Of a DNA stretch of 59,212 nt, positions 26,420 through 39,784 are shown one piece after another. Location: assembly GCF_001194135.2 (NCBI RefSeq), contig NC_068993.1, forward strand, positions 2,217,008-2,276,219, read 5' to 3'. The stretch is from Octopus bimaculoides (Eukaryota). How positions within the stretch are numbered: position 1 is the first letter of the stretch; each line of letters starts with the position of its first letter. The notes under the pieces are model-generated. The model was not told the origin of the DNA. It did not search any database and worked only from the letters and a program-made list of their open reading frames with translations. The translations under genes and the position numbers were made by a program.

Positions 26420-26884
26420 GTAAGTATGGTTTTTATATTTTCTCTTGTACGTTTTTAGACCTTTCTCCTTCTCTCCTTCTCTCTCTCTCTCTCTTCGGTA
26501 AGCTTCGATTGTGTAATTTCTTTTCTTCGATATAATATTTTATTGTTTATGATAAACAAATAAAGTAAAATATAAACTTGAAAACCAGCAACGAAAACAA
26601 AAGACAAAAAAAAATACAAAAAAACAGAAATATTAGTAGATGTTGCCGGTATCTTTTCTCATTAATATGATTATCTAACGTAAGCTATTGAAGTTGACAC
26701 TTAATTGGAAACAAAAATTAAGAAAAAATAAAATAAGATAAAAGTGCTACAATGTTTTCTGAAAAGGTAATTTAAGAACGGAGAGAAAATAAGTAAATAA
26801 ATAAATTACCTTCAGTTAATTACATGTGATTAAGTCACCACTACTACTACAACGGTAATATTCGTATTCATATTATTATTTGCA

Positions 26885-26925
<41 letters not shown>

Positions 26926-26928
<3 letters not shown>

Positions 26929-27188
26929 TCCAAGGTTCATTTTCTTAAGTACCAAAGTCAGGGGTATTATGCAGAGAAGAAAAAGCAACGGAGATAAGCT
27001 ATCACCTTGGAAAACCCCTCTTCTGATACCCACGTTGCTCAAGCTTTTTCCGTAGGATGTCAGTTCAGTTTTCCACCCCACCATTCTTCTCTTCAGGAAA
27101 CACGTTACATTGCTGGCAATTCCAAACAGATCGAAGCCCTCGATGATCCACGAATGTGGAATCATATCACAAATATTGCGATTGTCTA
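26926..27188 (-). mobile_element. R4/Dong-type (RLE) LINE RT, inverted 5' segment
   Basis: LDNRNICDMIPHSWIIE...IRRGVFQGDSLSPLLFLLCIIPLTLVLKKMNLGY, containing the RT QGDxLSP motif. Confidence 0.9.
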
Positions 27189-27835
27189 AAGGGAAATCCC
27201 AAATCATCAACCACCACCTATTCATGGATGATTTGAAGCTGTATGGCAAGGATGAGATACGACTGAGTTCCTAGCTGTAAACGGTCCACTGCTTTAGTGC
27301 TGATATTAGAATGGAATTCAGACTCAAGAAGTGTGGAATAATCCACCTAAAAAGAGACAAGGTACAGTCCCTAGCACGAACAGAATTACCGAATAGGGAA
27401 TTGATTAAATAAATTAAAATGGGAGGCTGCAGATACGTTGGAGATAATGGAGAAGGAAATGAAGGAGCAGCTGAGGATGGAATATTTCCGGAAGACTGGG
27501 GTTGGTGTTGCGCTCAATATTGACTGGATGGAATAAAATCTAAGCCGTTAATACGTGGGCGACAGGATCACTTTGGTATGGAGTTATAGAATGGCAAAAG
27601 AGAGAAGTGATGAAATTGGATACAGAAAAGAAAAATGTTGACAGTGCACATTTGATGAAGTAATAGACCATCTCGTTTCGGGATGTCCGGTACTGACACC
27701 AAACAAATACAAAAATCGCTAAGATACATCAGGACAATATTTACACTGGAAAATATGTAAACACTACAAAATCAGCACTCCTGGTTACTGAGCCAGTCGT
27801 TGAAGATAAACATATCACTATCCTCTGGGTATTTG
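27186..27835 (+). mobile_element. R4/Dong-type LINE, sense segment (RT FMDD motif, thumb, then zinc-knuckle region after an internal deletion)
   Basis: KGKSQIINHHLFMDDLKLYGKDE...FSADIRMEFRLKKCG, then DEVIDHLVSGCPVLTPNKYKNR..GQYLHWKICKHY..EPVVEDKHITILW. Contains stops and frameshifts. Confidence 0.88.
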
Positions 27836-28601
27836 ACTGCTGTGTCTAGCAGGTTGTCTCAGCAGAGAGGTTTCTTAGTGGTTCATCATGGCTTGTACCG
27901 ATGCTGCCATTTGTGTTCTATTTTAAATATTCTAGTGCCAGGTTTTCTTTTATGGTTTAAAATGATTGATTTAAACCAAAATATTTTTTCTCGTCTAATT
28001 TCATTTAGTCAAACGTTAGTTTCCTGAACTACAGGATAAAAAGACACAGTTCTATGGTTACAGTGTCATGTCTTCCGTTGCATGTTTTCGTTTCTCTTTC
28101 GTGTTTTCCAATTAATAGAGCTCTGTGTTAATGAAGGTTTCTGCACTGCAGCTTACATATCAGTGAGAATGTATGGAGTTTCGGGGTCAAAAAGAGAAAT
28201 GTACATTTGTTTATATAGAATACTGGCGTGATACTTATATAAATTTAGTTCAAAATCTTAATCCATGTTCAGTTGTAATATATGTGGGCGTTTTTATGCC
28301 AAACTATTCGAGTAGAAACTTCTGAAATGGAATTCAAGGGGACGTTCGGTAGGATAGGCAATATCATTTCCTCCACAAACAATGATTTCTGTCTTGTCAT
28401 TTCAAGTATGTTTCCCCCCCCCCCAGTCAATCTCTCACTTCCTATCACGCTGCACAACATTATCCTGCACACATATACATGGAAACATTCATATATACTT
28501 ACACATAAGTGTAAATGCATATATGCATCCATACATATGTATATACATATATATATACACATGTGTACGTGTGTGTGTATATATACTTATATATACATCA
28601 A

Positions 28602-28641
<40 letters not shown>

Positions 28642-29430
28642 NNNNNNNNNNNNNNNNNNNNNNNNNNNNNNNNNNNNNNNNNNNNNNNNNNNNNNNNNNN
28701 NNNNNNNNNNNNNNNNNNNNNNNNNNNNNNNNNNNNNNNNNNNNNNNNNNNNNNNNNNNNNNNNNNNNNNNNNNNNNNNNNNNNNNNNNNNNNNNNNNNN
28801 NNNNNNNNNNNNNNNNNNNNNNNNNNNNNNNNNNNNNNNNNNNNNNNNNNNNNNNNNNNNNNNNNNNNNNNNNNNNNNNNNNNNNNNNNNNNNNNNNNNN
28901 NNNNNNNNNNNNNNNNNNNNNNNNNNNNNNNNNNNNNNNNNNNNNNNNNNNNNNNNNNNNNNNNNNNNNNNNNNNNNNNNNNNNNNNNNNNNNNNNNNNN
29001 NNNNNNNNNNNNNNNNNNNNNNNNNNNNNNNNNNNNNNNNNNNNNNNNNNNNNNNNNNNNNNNNNNNNNNNNNNNNNNNNNNNNNNNNNNNNNNNNNNNN
29101 NNNNNNNNNNNNNNNNNNNNNNNNNNNNNNNNNNNNNNNNNNNNNNNNNNNNNNNNNNNNNNNNNNNNNNNNNNNNNNNNNNNNNNNNNNNNNNNNNNNN
29201 NNNNNNNNNNNNNNNNNNNNNNNNNNNNNNNNNNNNNNNNNNNNNNNNNNNNNNNNNNNNNNNNNNNNNNNNNNNNNNNNNNNNNNNNNNNNNNNNNNNN
29301 NNNNNNNNNNNNNNNNNNNNNNNNNNNNNNNNNNNNNNNNNNNNNNNNNNNNNNNNNNNNNNNNNNNNNNNNNNNNNNNNNNNNNNNNNNNNNNNNNNNN
29401 NNNNNNNNNNNNNNNNNNNNNNNNNNNNNN
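28642..29430. other. Assembly gap
   Basis: N run between (TA)n tracts. Confidence 1.
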
Positions 29431-29475
<45 letters not shown>

Positions 29476-30471
29476 CATACATACATACATACATACACAC
29501 ATACATATAACGTGAAAGATAGACATTTGTATGAGAAATAAATACATAAAAACATCAAGGAAAGTAAATAGTTAATTATTTATTTGTGAATACAATAGGT
29601 AAACATGATTATGAAATAAAAACAGTAATTAGATGACAAAATGACTAATTGAATTAAGATATTATATTACTGATAGAAAACTGAGCTAACAATAATAATA
29701 TAGACGATATATATTTCAGTATCCGTGGACGCAACTACTAAACTGAGCGACTAGATCTGTCCTACATACCAACCATTTTTTTTCAGTAGGCTATAAATTG
29801 ACGGAAATGTATTTTGTTTCTTCAGGTTACACTGAAGAAGTGAAGCGATTTTTTTTCTGAAATGTACTTTTTGTGGAGTGGGTTGTTTATTCCTATATAG
29901 ATATCCATATAGATAGAAGACGGTGGTATATGAAAGCAAATTACATCAAAGAACTCGCCAGCATTTCGGAAAACTAACATTGTGGGTGAATTAATGAGTT
30001 GAGAATGTTAGCCATTTGTTTTCAGATATGCTATGTAGACGTATATATATATATATACATATATATACATACATATACACGAACAAATATTAATTCGTAA
30101 ATGTTTGTGTATGTGTGAGTGTGTGTTTGTCTGTGCGTGAAGATCAGTTGAAATGGTTGAAAATTCGCTAAATATATATTTGAATCAAACGTCTTTTACC
30201 TTTTAAGATAGGAGGTATACCAGTATACGTGTGTGCGTGTGTGTGCGTGTGTTCGTGATGAGTGTGTATGTATGTAGAAATGTACGCATATGTTTGTGTG
30301 CCTATGTATGAATATGCGTCTGTGGTGTGTAGACGTGTATGTAGATGAAATTGAAAATGCAAATTATGTTTGCACATAAAAATGATTTCATATAAAAATG
30401 TTTTACTGATGCAATATTAGTTACTGGTTTTCTACAAATATATATTTTTGCAAGAAAACACCCACACACAC

Positions 30472-30512
<41 letters not shown>

Positions 30513-30759
30513 NNNNNNNNNNNNNNNNNNNNNNNNNNNNNNNNNNNNNNNNNNNNNNNNNNNNNNNNNNNNNNNNNNNNNNNNNNNNNNNNNNNNNNNN
30601 NNNNNNNNNNNNNNNNNNNNNNNNNNNNNNNNNNNNNNNNNNNNNNNNNNNNNNNNNNNNNNNNNNNNNNNNNNNNNNNNNNNNNNNNNNNNNNNNNNNN
30701 NNNNNNNNNNNNNNNNNNNNNNNNNNNNNNNNNNNNNNNNNNNNNNNNNNNNNNNNNNN
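30513..30759. other. Assembly gap
   Basis: N run between (TA)n and (GA)n. Confidence 1.
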
Positions 30760-30806
<47 letters not shown>

Positions 30807-31871
30807 GAGGCAGAGTGGTGGCGGAAGAAATAATTTTACTAAAATTTTTGCTGAAAAAACATTAGTGCATATTTTCCAGTAAAGCTGTTTTACACGAAAA
30901 ATAAGATCGCTTTTACTAATCGGTTTGTGCTACTTTACGTCTTATCAAATACAATTGTGTGCATGTGTGTGGATAACAGACTGGACATCAGACAATGACG
31001 ATGAATATATATAGATATATTGAACTGTATACGATATAATATTTGCACTTCAGAAAAAATAGTCTTAGTCCATTGTGCAACTCGTACTTTCAATTCCCCC
31101 TACACACATATAGATATACCCTAAATTAATCTATCAACATGCGATACACATAAATATGAGGATATATTCTTTTAGGTATTGATATATTCGATTAAGATTC
31201 CTCAGTACTTAATTAGTGCTTACCATCAATGCTACTGTAGGCGTAGATTTAATTTTTATCGCATACGTTACAAAGAAAACATTGTACAAATTTCTGCACT
31301 CTCCCTAATAATTTTGACTGCATAATTAAAAATATGAAGAATATTAATAACGATGAAATACTATAGAATTTCAATGTGTTACATACGACTTGCTATAAAA
31401 GAGTGTTGTGACCTGAATAAATTGAATATCTGTAACAATATTATAAAGAAAGAAATATCACTTTAGAAGAATCTTCTACCTGACGAGTTACAGAAAGGAA
31501 ATTATCCAAGAATTGCAAGGATTCTCTTTCTGTGAAATGAAACACTGAGAACTTTTGTTGAATTCAAAAATAGATTGTTGTTCATTGTTTTTGTTTGAAA
31601 TATCTTGTTTGTGTTTTTTGAAACAAAAATTACATTCTCCTTCTTAGGTTTTCTTTCTTTCGTTCTTTAAAGAATTGGCGACAGTGTTAAAAGCAATGTG
31701 GGTGGCGGCAGAGGATTCTGTAGTTTTATTGAGTCGTTTATAGAAACTAGTGACATGCTTTAGAAACTAGATTAACTAGATATAATGTATAATTTTGATT
31801 TATTTTACCTTTACACAAAGACAGGAATTAAGCGCAAACAAAATGAATAACGTGGAAAAAAAGCCTGAAAT

Positions 31872-31922
<51 letters not shown>

Positions 31923-32305
31923 GTTGTAGATATAGCCGCAGTATTAGTTGCGGTTGTAGTCGTAGCATTTGCGTTTTCGAAGAGATGAAGAAAGCAATGA
32001 CGACAGAAGAAACTAAAATTTCAAAACGCAACGAGTAAACAATACAAAAGTAAAAAAAAAAGTCATAAATTTGTAGTTTCTAACTGACTTGCTTGATAAT
32101 CTTTTACTTCCGCACGTAAATAGCTAAAGAAAAAGTGAATATGATGTAGAAAGAGAAATAGTAAAACATATAATTGAGAAAAAAAAAAAGAAGTACGAAA
32201 AATCTTCAAAATAATCCAAAGAATCAAAGATATTTGGGAGTCTTCCATGAAAAGATAAATAAGTATCGACTTGTAAGAAAATAGAAAAAAATTGAAAACA
32301 TGTGT

Positions 32306-32348
<43 letters not shown>

Positions 32349-33044
32349 ACTAACACACATATATTTGAATATAAATATTCATACATCTAATTTTATTAGT
32401 GTATACACACACATAGACACATAGGTATGTGTGTGTGTCTGTGTTAGTATTGAGAAATTAGAATCAAATATCTTTGAAATTCATATTTCAACGTCTGTAT
32501 GTCGTCCGTATTTGAGTTTCATATGCCATGACATATTTCCTTGTTCTTGTGAAGTTTCTAGTTTACTGCTTTGCAAAGATTCATTGAATTGATTGAAATT
32601 TCCGGTAAATGGTATACAGAACGTTATGCAGAATGGTATACAGGCGGTCAAGAAAGAGAACTATGCGAAATAGCAGCTTAAATAATAAACTATAAAGGAA
32701 TAATATAACAAACTAAAATTGAATTAAGTATATAAAACATATGAAAATTCGTAAAATCAAAGCAGTTTCAGATGCTCTAATCTTATATATTCCGTCCTCC
32801 AGTAATTTTGAAATGAGGTTTTAGGTTCCATCGTTGCATTGGTGGTATGAAGCTCCCCATTTTGTCCTCTCCATCTGCCCAACCTCCACTTTATCCATTT
32901 TCGTTTCCCTTTTTAATGTAGTTTGGATTCGTCTACATCATATTATTATGCGATTCATATCATAAATTCAAATTATATTTTCTCTGTGGCATTAAATTAA
33001 CAGAGTTGGCCTTACCTTTATCACCTGTCTCTCTGTCTCTCAGT

Positions 33045-33047
33045 CTG

Positions 33048-33119
<72 letters not shown>

Positions 33120-33142
33120 CATAGATACATAGATAGATATAT

Positions 33143-33173
<31 letters not shown>

Positions 33174-33203
33174 TAGATAGATAGATAGATAGATAGACAG
33201 ATT

Positions 33204-33238
<35 letters not shown>

Positions 33239-33245
33239 ACGCGCG
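33045..33245. repeat. Compound (TATC)/(GATA)/(GACA)/(GT) microsatellite
   Basis: Directly visible. Confidence 0.95.
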
Positions 33246-33526
33246 CGCACGCATTTATATAAGGACGTTAAAAATTTATTAAAAACAATCTCATGGAATA
33301 TGGAGACTGTTATTACGACTTATAAAAAATACTAATAATATTTAAAATGTTAGTTATGATATTGAGAATTGGAAATATATAATAATGATTTTATTAAAAA
33401 AATTCCCGGCTAGAATTAACATAAGGTTGATCTTTTTAGAACCATGTATGTTTTTCTATATTTTAAATTTAGAAATAAGCAAAGTAATGTTCAGAGGCAT
33501 TGCGATTGAATGTATGAAACACGTCT

Positions 33527-33557
<31 letters not shown>

Positions 33558-33588
33558 CAGTAGTAGTAGTAGTAGTAGTAGTAGTAGC

Positions 33589-33621
<33 letters not shown>

Positions 33622-33649
33622 TGCAGCAGCAGCAGCAGTAGTAGTAGTA

Positions 33650-33713
<64 letters not shown>

Positions 33714-33743
33714 TAATAATAATAGTAATAATAATAATAATAA
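33527..33743. repeat. Compound (AGT)n(AGC)n(AAT)n microsatellite
   Basis: Directly visible. Confidence 0.98.
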
Positions 33744-34489
33744 TGGGTGCCCTGGATATGATTAACAGAAAGCTTCAAATACATAACAGCATACTAACAA
33801 TAACCACGTTTCGTATTTAACTCATCGTCTACGATCTCGTCTGATATAGTTATACGATATCGCATGATTACTGAACAAGGTGATAAATTCTCATGATACT
33901 GGAAAATTTCCCAAGGGTACAATAATGATATATTCTCGGTATGATAATAACACAGCCACATAGACAAACTCATGCATAAAACAAACCACTAGTATAAGAA
34001 GTTATAGCTTACATTATACACCCGAGGCATGTAAAACTGAATTCGATGACACAGCATATACAAGAATATATTATAACAACAACAAAAACAATAACAACAA
34101 CTAAATTAATGATTTCTTGTAGAGGGACAATGATGATGATGATGATGACACTGGTGAGGACGTGAGGATAATGGTGCTTCTGATAGTGATGGCGATGGAG
34201 GTAACGATGCTGATGATGGCGATTATGATTATGACAATGATAACTATATCATTATAAAGAATACAAGGAGAAAATACTTGTAAATATAATATAGTTATAA
34301 AGAGTAGACCAACTGCCATGTGAGACTGTCGGGTGTAATATAACAACTCCAGAATGCGACTAGTATCTTTATTATCAAACTTTAGTTAGGTTATAAGCCC
34401 AGGATTTAAACACACGAAACTAAATGCTATAAACTTTTAGCAATGCGATGCTTGAATGCTGTTACTCTTTGTAAATATTTTATTCAGAT

Positions 34490-34705
34490 TTTGGTTTAAG
34501 GCCAGCAAGTTCGGCGGTGGTGGTGGGGGTGGTGGGGGTTGGATTTTGTGTAAGTTGTCCCTACCACTCCACTGGTTCTTACATCATCGTACCAGAAATG
34601 GTGAAAGGCCAATTCGGTCACGGTAAAATTTGAACTAAGACCGTAAAGATGGACGAAAAGTCGCTAAGCACCTTGCCCGGCGTAACAACGGTTCTCGCCG
34701 CCTTT
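34490..34705 (-). mobile_element. tRNA-derived SINE (GGCGGCGAG-head type), diverged
   Basis: Reverse complement starts aaggcggcgagaaccg...gcttagcgac...ttcaaatttt, ending ccttaaacc. Confidence 0.75.
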
Positions 34706-34724
34706 CAGTTAATATTGGTTTCAA

Positions 34725-34960
34725 ATGTTGGCACAAAGCCAGAAAGTTCGGGAGAGGTGCTCAACATTATCGACCTCGAAAGGATGAAAGTCAAATTCGA
34801 CTACGGTGGCATTTGAACTCAAAACGTAATGTCGTAAGAAATTTTGTTCGGTGCGGTAACGATTCGGCCTGCTCACCACATTAGAGCCGGACGAAATATC
34901 GTTAAGTATTTCGTCCGATGCGCGAACGAATTCGTCAACTCGCCGCCCTTCATGGGACAG
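34725..34960 (-). mobile_element. Two further tandem SINE fragments of the same type
   Basis: atcgacctcgaaaggatgaaagtcaaattcgactacggtggcatttgaactc (box B reverse complement) and ...cgttaagtatttcgtccg...ctcgccgccctt (head reverse complement). Confidence 0.7.
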
Positions 34961-35540
34961 CTATTTTTGAGTGAAGGATTAATCTATAGCATCGACCCCA
35001 ATATGGGTTCGTTATTTTATAGAACCTATGAGGATCAGAAACAAATTTTGCTGCTACAATGTAATAAATAGTCTTCCTACTATAGTTTGCTAGTATCATT
35101 CCTCGCGTTTCTAATTACACAACGGATCTTCGGAGTACGTCTGTGGTTTTGAGGTTACTTAAGGACTTGTAATTCCAGCTGACACTATATATATTGTTCT
35201 TTGTCATCTCTTTACTAACAATTACTCATATTTCCATAGAATCATCACAAACCTCTAGGGCATGTTGCTATTGCCAACAGCCATTTTATGGTCGGAGAAA
35301 ATCAGTGCAACCGTTTGGGCAGTGAAGAAATTTGTTTTGATCTAACATTTCCGAATTGGATGTGACATTTAAAAAGCCGTGTGCACTATTTGTGTGATGC
35401 TGTTTTTATTCGCGTTGTTGTTGTTGTCGTTGTTGTTGTTAAACAAGTTGTCAAAAATTACATTAAATCTTATTAAAAAACGGCTGAAACAATATTATTT
35501 TGCTACAAAAATGCTTTTGCAGAACTTCTTTTTCACATCC

Positions 35541-35542
35541 AT

Positions 35543-35602
<60 letters not shown>

Positions 35603-35625
35603 AGTTATTATCATCATCATCATCA
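35541..35625. repeat. (TAC)n(CAT)n microsatellite
   Basis: Directly visible. Confidence 0.95.
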
Positions 35626-35636
35626 TTATTGTTATT

Positions 35637-35860
35637 AAGGCGGTGAGCTACAAAATCCTTAGTATGTTGGTCAAAATAATTGGCAGTACTCCATCTCTCT
35701 ACAAGTTTTGTGTTCAAATTCCGTCGTATAGTTAACTTTGCCTTTCATCCTTTCGGAGTCGATAAATTAAGTACCAGTGAAACACTGGAGTCGATACAAT
35801 CGACTAGTCCTTTCCCCACAATTTTGAGGCCTTGTGCCTCCAGTAGGAAGAATTATTACA
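35637..35860 (+). mobile_element. tRNA-derived SINE (GGCGGTGAG-head type), near full length
   Basis: aaggcggtgagct...gttcaaattcc (box B)...ctttgcctttcatcctttcggagtcgataaattaagtaccag...ggccttgtgcct. Confidence 0.9.
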
Positions 35861-36500
35861 TTATTTTGGGAATTTGCGTTTTCTGCACAGCTGTCGTTTT
35901 ATATTTAAAAGTTGGGTTTTCTAGCCGACATTTTGCATTGTATACAAAAATATCACAAATAATATTTAAAGAAGTGCAAAAAATGTTTTTTCTTTGTTTT
36001 TGCTCAAAAGGATTTTATGAGGGAGTTTAATTAATTTGTCTCACAATGGTAATTTCTAAATGTTTTTTGATAAAGATTAAAAAGCTGTAGAAGAAGATGA
36101 CAAATGAAGGCTGGAGGATGAACAACACTAAATAATCTTGAGTAAAGAGCGCAAAAAATACCAGAAGAAATTGCTTCTAGAGATATTGGAAAAATCATAA
36201 GAAATATTGTTACAGGGATGTTTCGAAACATGATCAACGGTATATCCTTATATTCAACGTAGTTTCTTAGATCGCAACAACCAGGTCTTAATTATACTGT
36301 AGATTAATTAATTAGACAGTAAAATTATATTCCATTTGAATGAAGTACTTAATATATTCACTTTATAAGGTAAAAACAAATGGAATATTCATTTCGCAAA
36401 AGGTTGTGCATACTAGAGTATGCGATTCAAGGTGCGTGAGTAAGTATGACAAGGTATATGCTTACATGGAAGTATGATTGCATGTGGGTATGCATATGCA

Positions 36501-36538
<38 letters not shown>

Positions 36539-36560
36539 TACACACACACACACACACACA

Positions 36561-36605
<45 letters not shown>

Positions 36606-36814
36606 GCCTGTCCGTGTAAATAACCGCCGCATCTAATGTTTTTGTTCGTTGTTGTTGTTGTTGTGGATGAATGTTTGCGATGCGATATTGATAGAGATTC
36701 TCCTCCTCCTTATCCATATATTTATCTTCCGCAATATGTTGTATCTTGATCGTACTTTTGTTATTCTTACTGTTGTTATTCTAGTTTAAAGGGCTGTTCT
36801 TGTCAGCTGCATTA

Positions 36815-36990
36815 GCGTTATCATCATCATCATCATCGTCGGCGTCTTCGTGGTCGTCGTCGCCATAATCATCGTAATCGTTGTCATCGTCACCACAACC
36901 GCCACCACCACCACCACCACCACCACCACCACCACCACCATCGTCATCACCATCATCATCATCATCGTTGTCATTATCGCTATCATCATT
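36815..36990. repeat. (CAT/CGT/CAC)n triplet mosaic
   Basis: Directly visible. Confidence 0.92.
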
Positions 36991-37774
36991 GCCACGAGCA
37001 GGACATGTTTCGATGGCATAACTAGCGTTTTGTTTGAAATCAATAAAATGAAGCGATAGAGAAAGAAAGACATTATTATAAAGCAATAAGTGGAATACAT
37101 TATTTAAAAGAATATAACTTAGAAATGCATCATTGATTGAATTTTAGACGAAGAAACAGGATTACCATTAACGCATCTAACATTATCATAACCAAATCTC
37201 AAAGGATTCTTTGCGGAGATTATTTCCAAGAAAAACAGCCAAGATAATGTGATCAAATTACACAAATACATTAGTTATCTATTTACAGTATATATTTCGC
37301 TGTGATTTTATGATTTTGTAATTTTAAATCTATTATGTTTAGATATAAGTTGCATAATGTTCTCTGTAATATTGTTCTTTTAGTATGTCAGCATTAATTT
37401 TTGTTTAAAATATTCTAAGTACTTTACTTTACATAGTTTGATGTGTATTAGATTACACTTCAAACTGATGATGTCCAGTTAGATGCAGTAATCAGTAAAT
37501 GTTTTCATACGATTTTGTTTTGAAATACATATGGCGCAATGTAGGAAAAAACTAATAAAATGGCTTTAAAATAGTCCATTTATTTTGATAAACATACGGT
37601 AGTGCTGGCAAATATTCAAGCCTGCAGTTATCAAATATCAATCGGGATGTTCAGAATCACACACTCATAAACACACGTACACATACACAGGCAAGTTGAA
37701 GCACACTTTTACAAAAAGTATAGGCAACATTAGTATATGTAAATGTGTGTGTGTGTGTGTGTGTACACACAAAC

Positions 37775-37805
<31 letters not shown>

Positions 37806-38507
37806 TACATACATATATATATATTTACATATGTGTGTGTGTGTGTTTCAGCGAGAACCGCTGAAATCTACAGGTTTTTTTTCTCTCTTTCTCGGTTTAT
37901 TTTCCTTATTCCTTCTGTTGAAGAGCGTACGCTCGAAATGTAAAAGACTTCATTTTTCCCGAGCCTCAAACTAATAGAGTTGCTTGTTATTCATATACTT
38001 GTGTAAACTATGTAGTTGCTTTCAATATTACAAATAGATTTATTTACTACTCGAAAACTTGAACAAACATTGAAACATTGAAACAAACCAGATACTAAGT
38101 TAATTTCAGATCACTAATTACTGGACTATGAAGTAATTTCTTAAATCTACTTCGGAATTGTTTTGACGTTATAGAGTGGGATTTCTACATCCTGGGGTAT
38201 GCACAAAGCATTCCTGTCATATACTGAAGGTGCTAGAAATCTTTTTGAGATCCAGAATTCCTGTATGAATGATGAATATATTGAAAGCACAAGGAAAAGC
38301 CAGCAGAAAATTAACAAATATATTCTGAACATTATTTGTGCTAAACGTCTCTCCACACACACACGCAAATGTCATAAGGACGATCAGTTCAGCATGGGAT
38401 ATATTGTACAAGAAAACGAACAAGTATCTCCGAAAATATCAATGTATTTATACGGGATATACATATGGCTATATATGTATATCTAAATATTGGCTATATA
38501 TGTATAC

Positions 38508-38533
38508 ACAGACAGACAGACAGACAGACAGAC

Positions 38534-38578
<45 letters not shown>

Positions 38579-38612
38579 CATAGATAGATAGATAGATAGA
38601 TAGATAGAGACA
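38508..38612. repeat. (GACA)n(GATA)n microsatellite
   Basis: Directly visible. Confidence 0.97.
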
Positions 38613-39704
38613 TACATACATGCATGTACATGCCCATATATGATTATGTACCGCTTTTCTTAATACGTCGAAATGAAGAGAAACTATTTTGTGCACGGAG
38701 CGTTGGTAATGGATACTTAATACGAGATGAGAGATTTAATACATGGATAGAATGAAATATTTATTTGTGACACTCTATTAAGCATCATGTAGAGTGTACT
38801 CTAATTGCTTTCATGTTCTTGTTATATTGACTGATCTGGCCGTTGTCCTGCTGCCGTTGTTGTTGTTACTATTGATGTTGTTCCTGCTTCCATTATTATG
38901 ATTGTTTTTGACGCTGCTAATCCTGTTTTGGTGGTGGTTGTGGTAATTTTTTTGTAGTTACTTAGCAACGCACGCCGCTTATATCTTCTATTGGAGCTGT
39001 TTGTAGTCAATGGGAGAGTGAAAGCCAAACCCACGTTTGTAATTACTCTCTTAAATATTTCAATATTAAATCATTGTGATCCTAGTAATGGTTTTCATGT
39101 GTTGTTGTTGTTGGTAGTGGCTGTGGTACAATGACGGGGAGGTATAGTGTGACGATTGTTGTGTGTTAATGGCAACGGTGGTGTTAATTTTAGTGAGGTG
39201 ACCGGTGTAGTTTCCTTGACCAATTTGATGAGAAAAACTGCTAGTATTGTTGGTGTAATTGAGGTCTGAAGGGAGTAACGGATTCAGTGGTTGTGGTAGT
39301 AGTGCCGAAAAGTGATGGTGACAATAATAGCTGTGGTGATTGTGATAAATGTGAAGAGAACAACTGGTGGTAAGGCTACTAATCGATGCGCGTTCGATTA
39401 GACGAGCGAAATGGATGTCTAATTAGATATCTCATTAGGTGAGTGGATGATAGATATAATATAATATTTATATTTAATATTTATGTAATTGAAGTTTGTT
39501 ATTTAAAAATATTTCACTTCATGTAATTAGAAAGTAGAATTTCAAAGGAAGTGGGGAAGCTCTGGAGAGGCAGCGTTTGTGTCCTCTCTCTCCTCTCCTA
39601 TTTCAATCCACTTCATGTGAATAGTTAATGGTTTGAATAATTTACAATCAATTCCCTCCTCCTGACATCTACATAATTTCTGGTGTTTGCGAGCGGAATA
39701 TATT

Positions 39705-39705
<1 letters not shown>

Positions 39706-39784
<79 letters not shown>

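Noticed and set aside
31480-31496. CTGACGA...GAAA hammerhead-like core
   Set aside because: An extra A precedes GAAA, and no stems I or III with a cleavage triplet could be formed.
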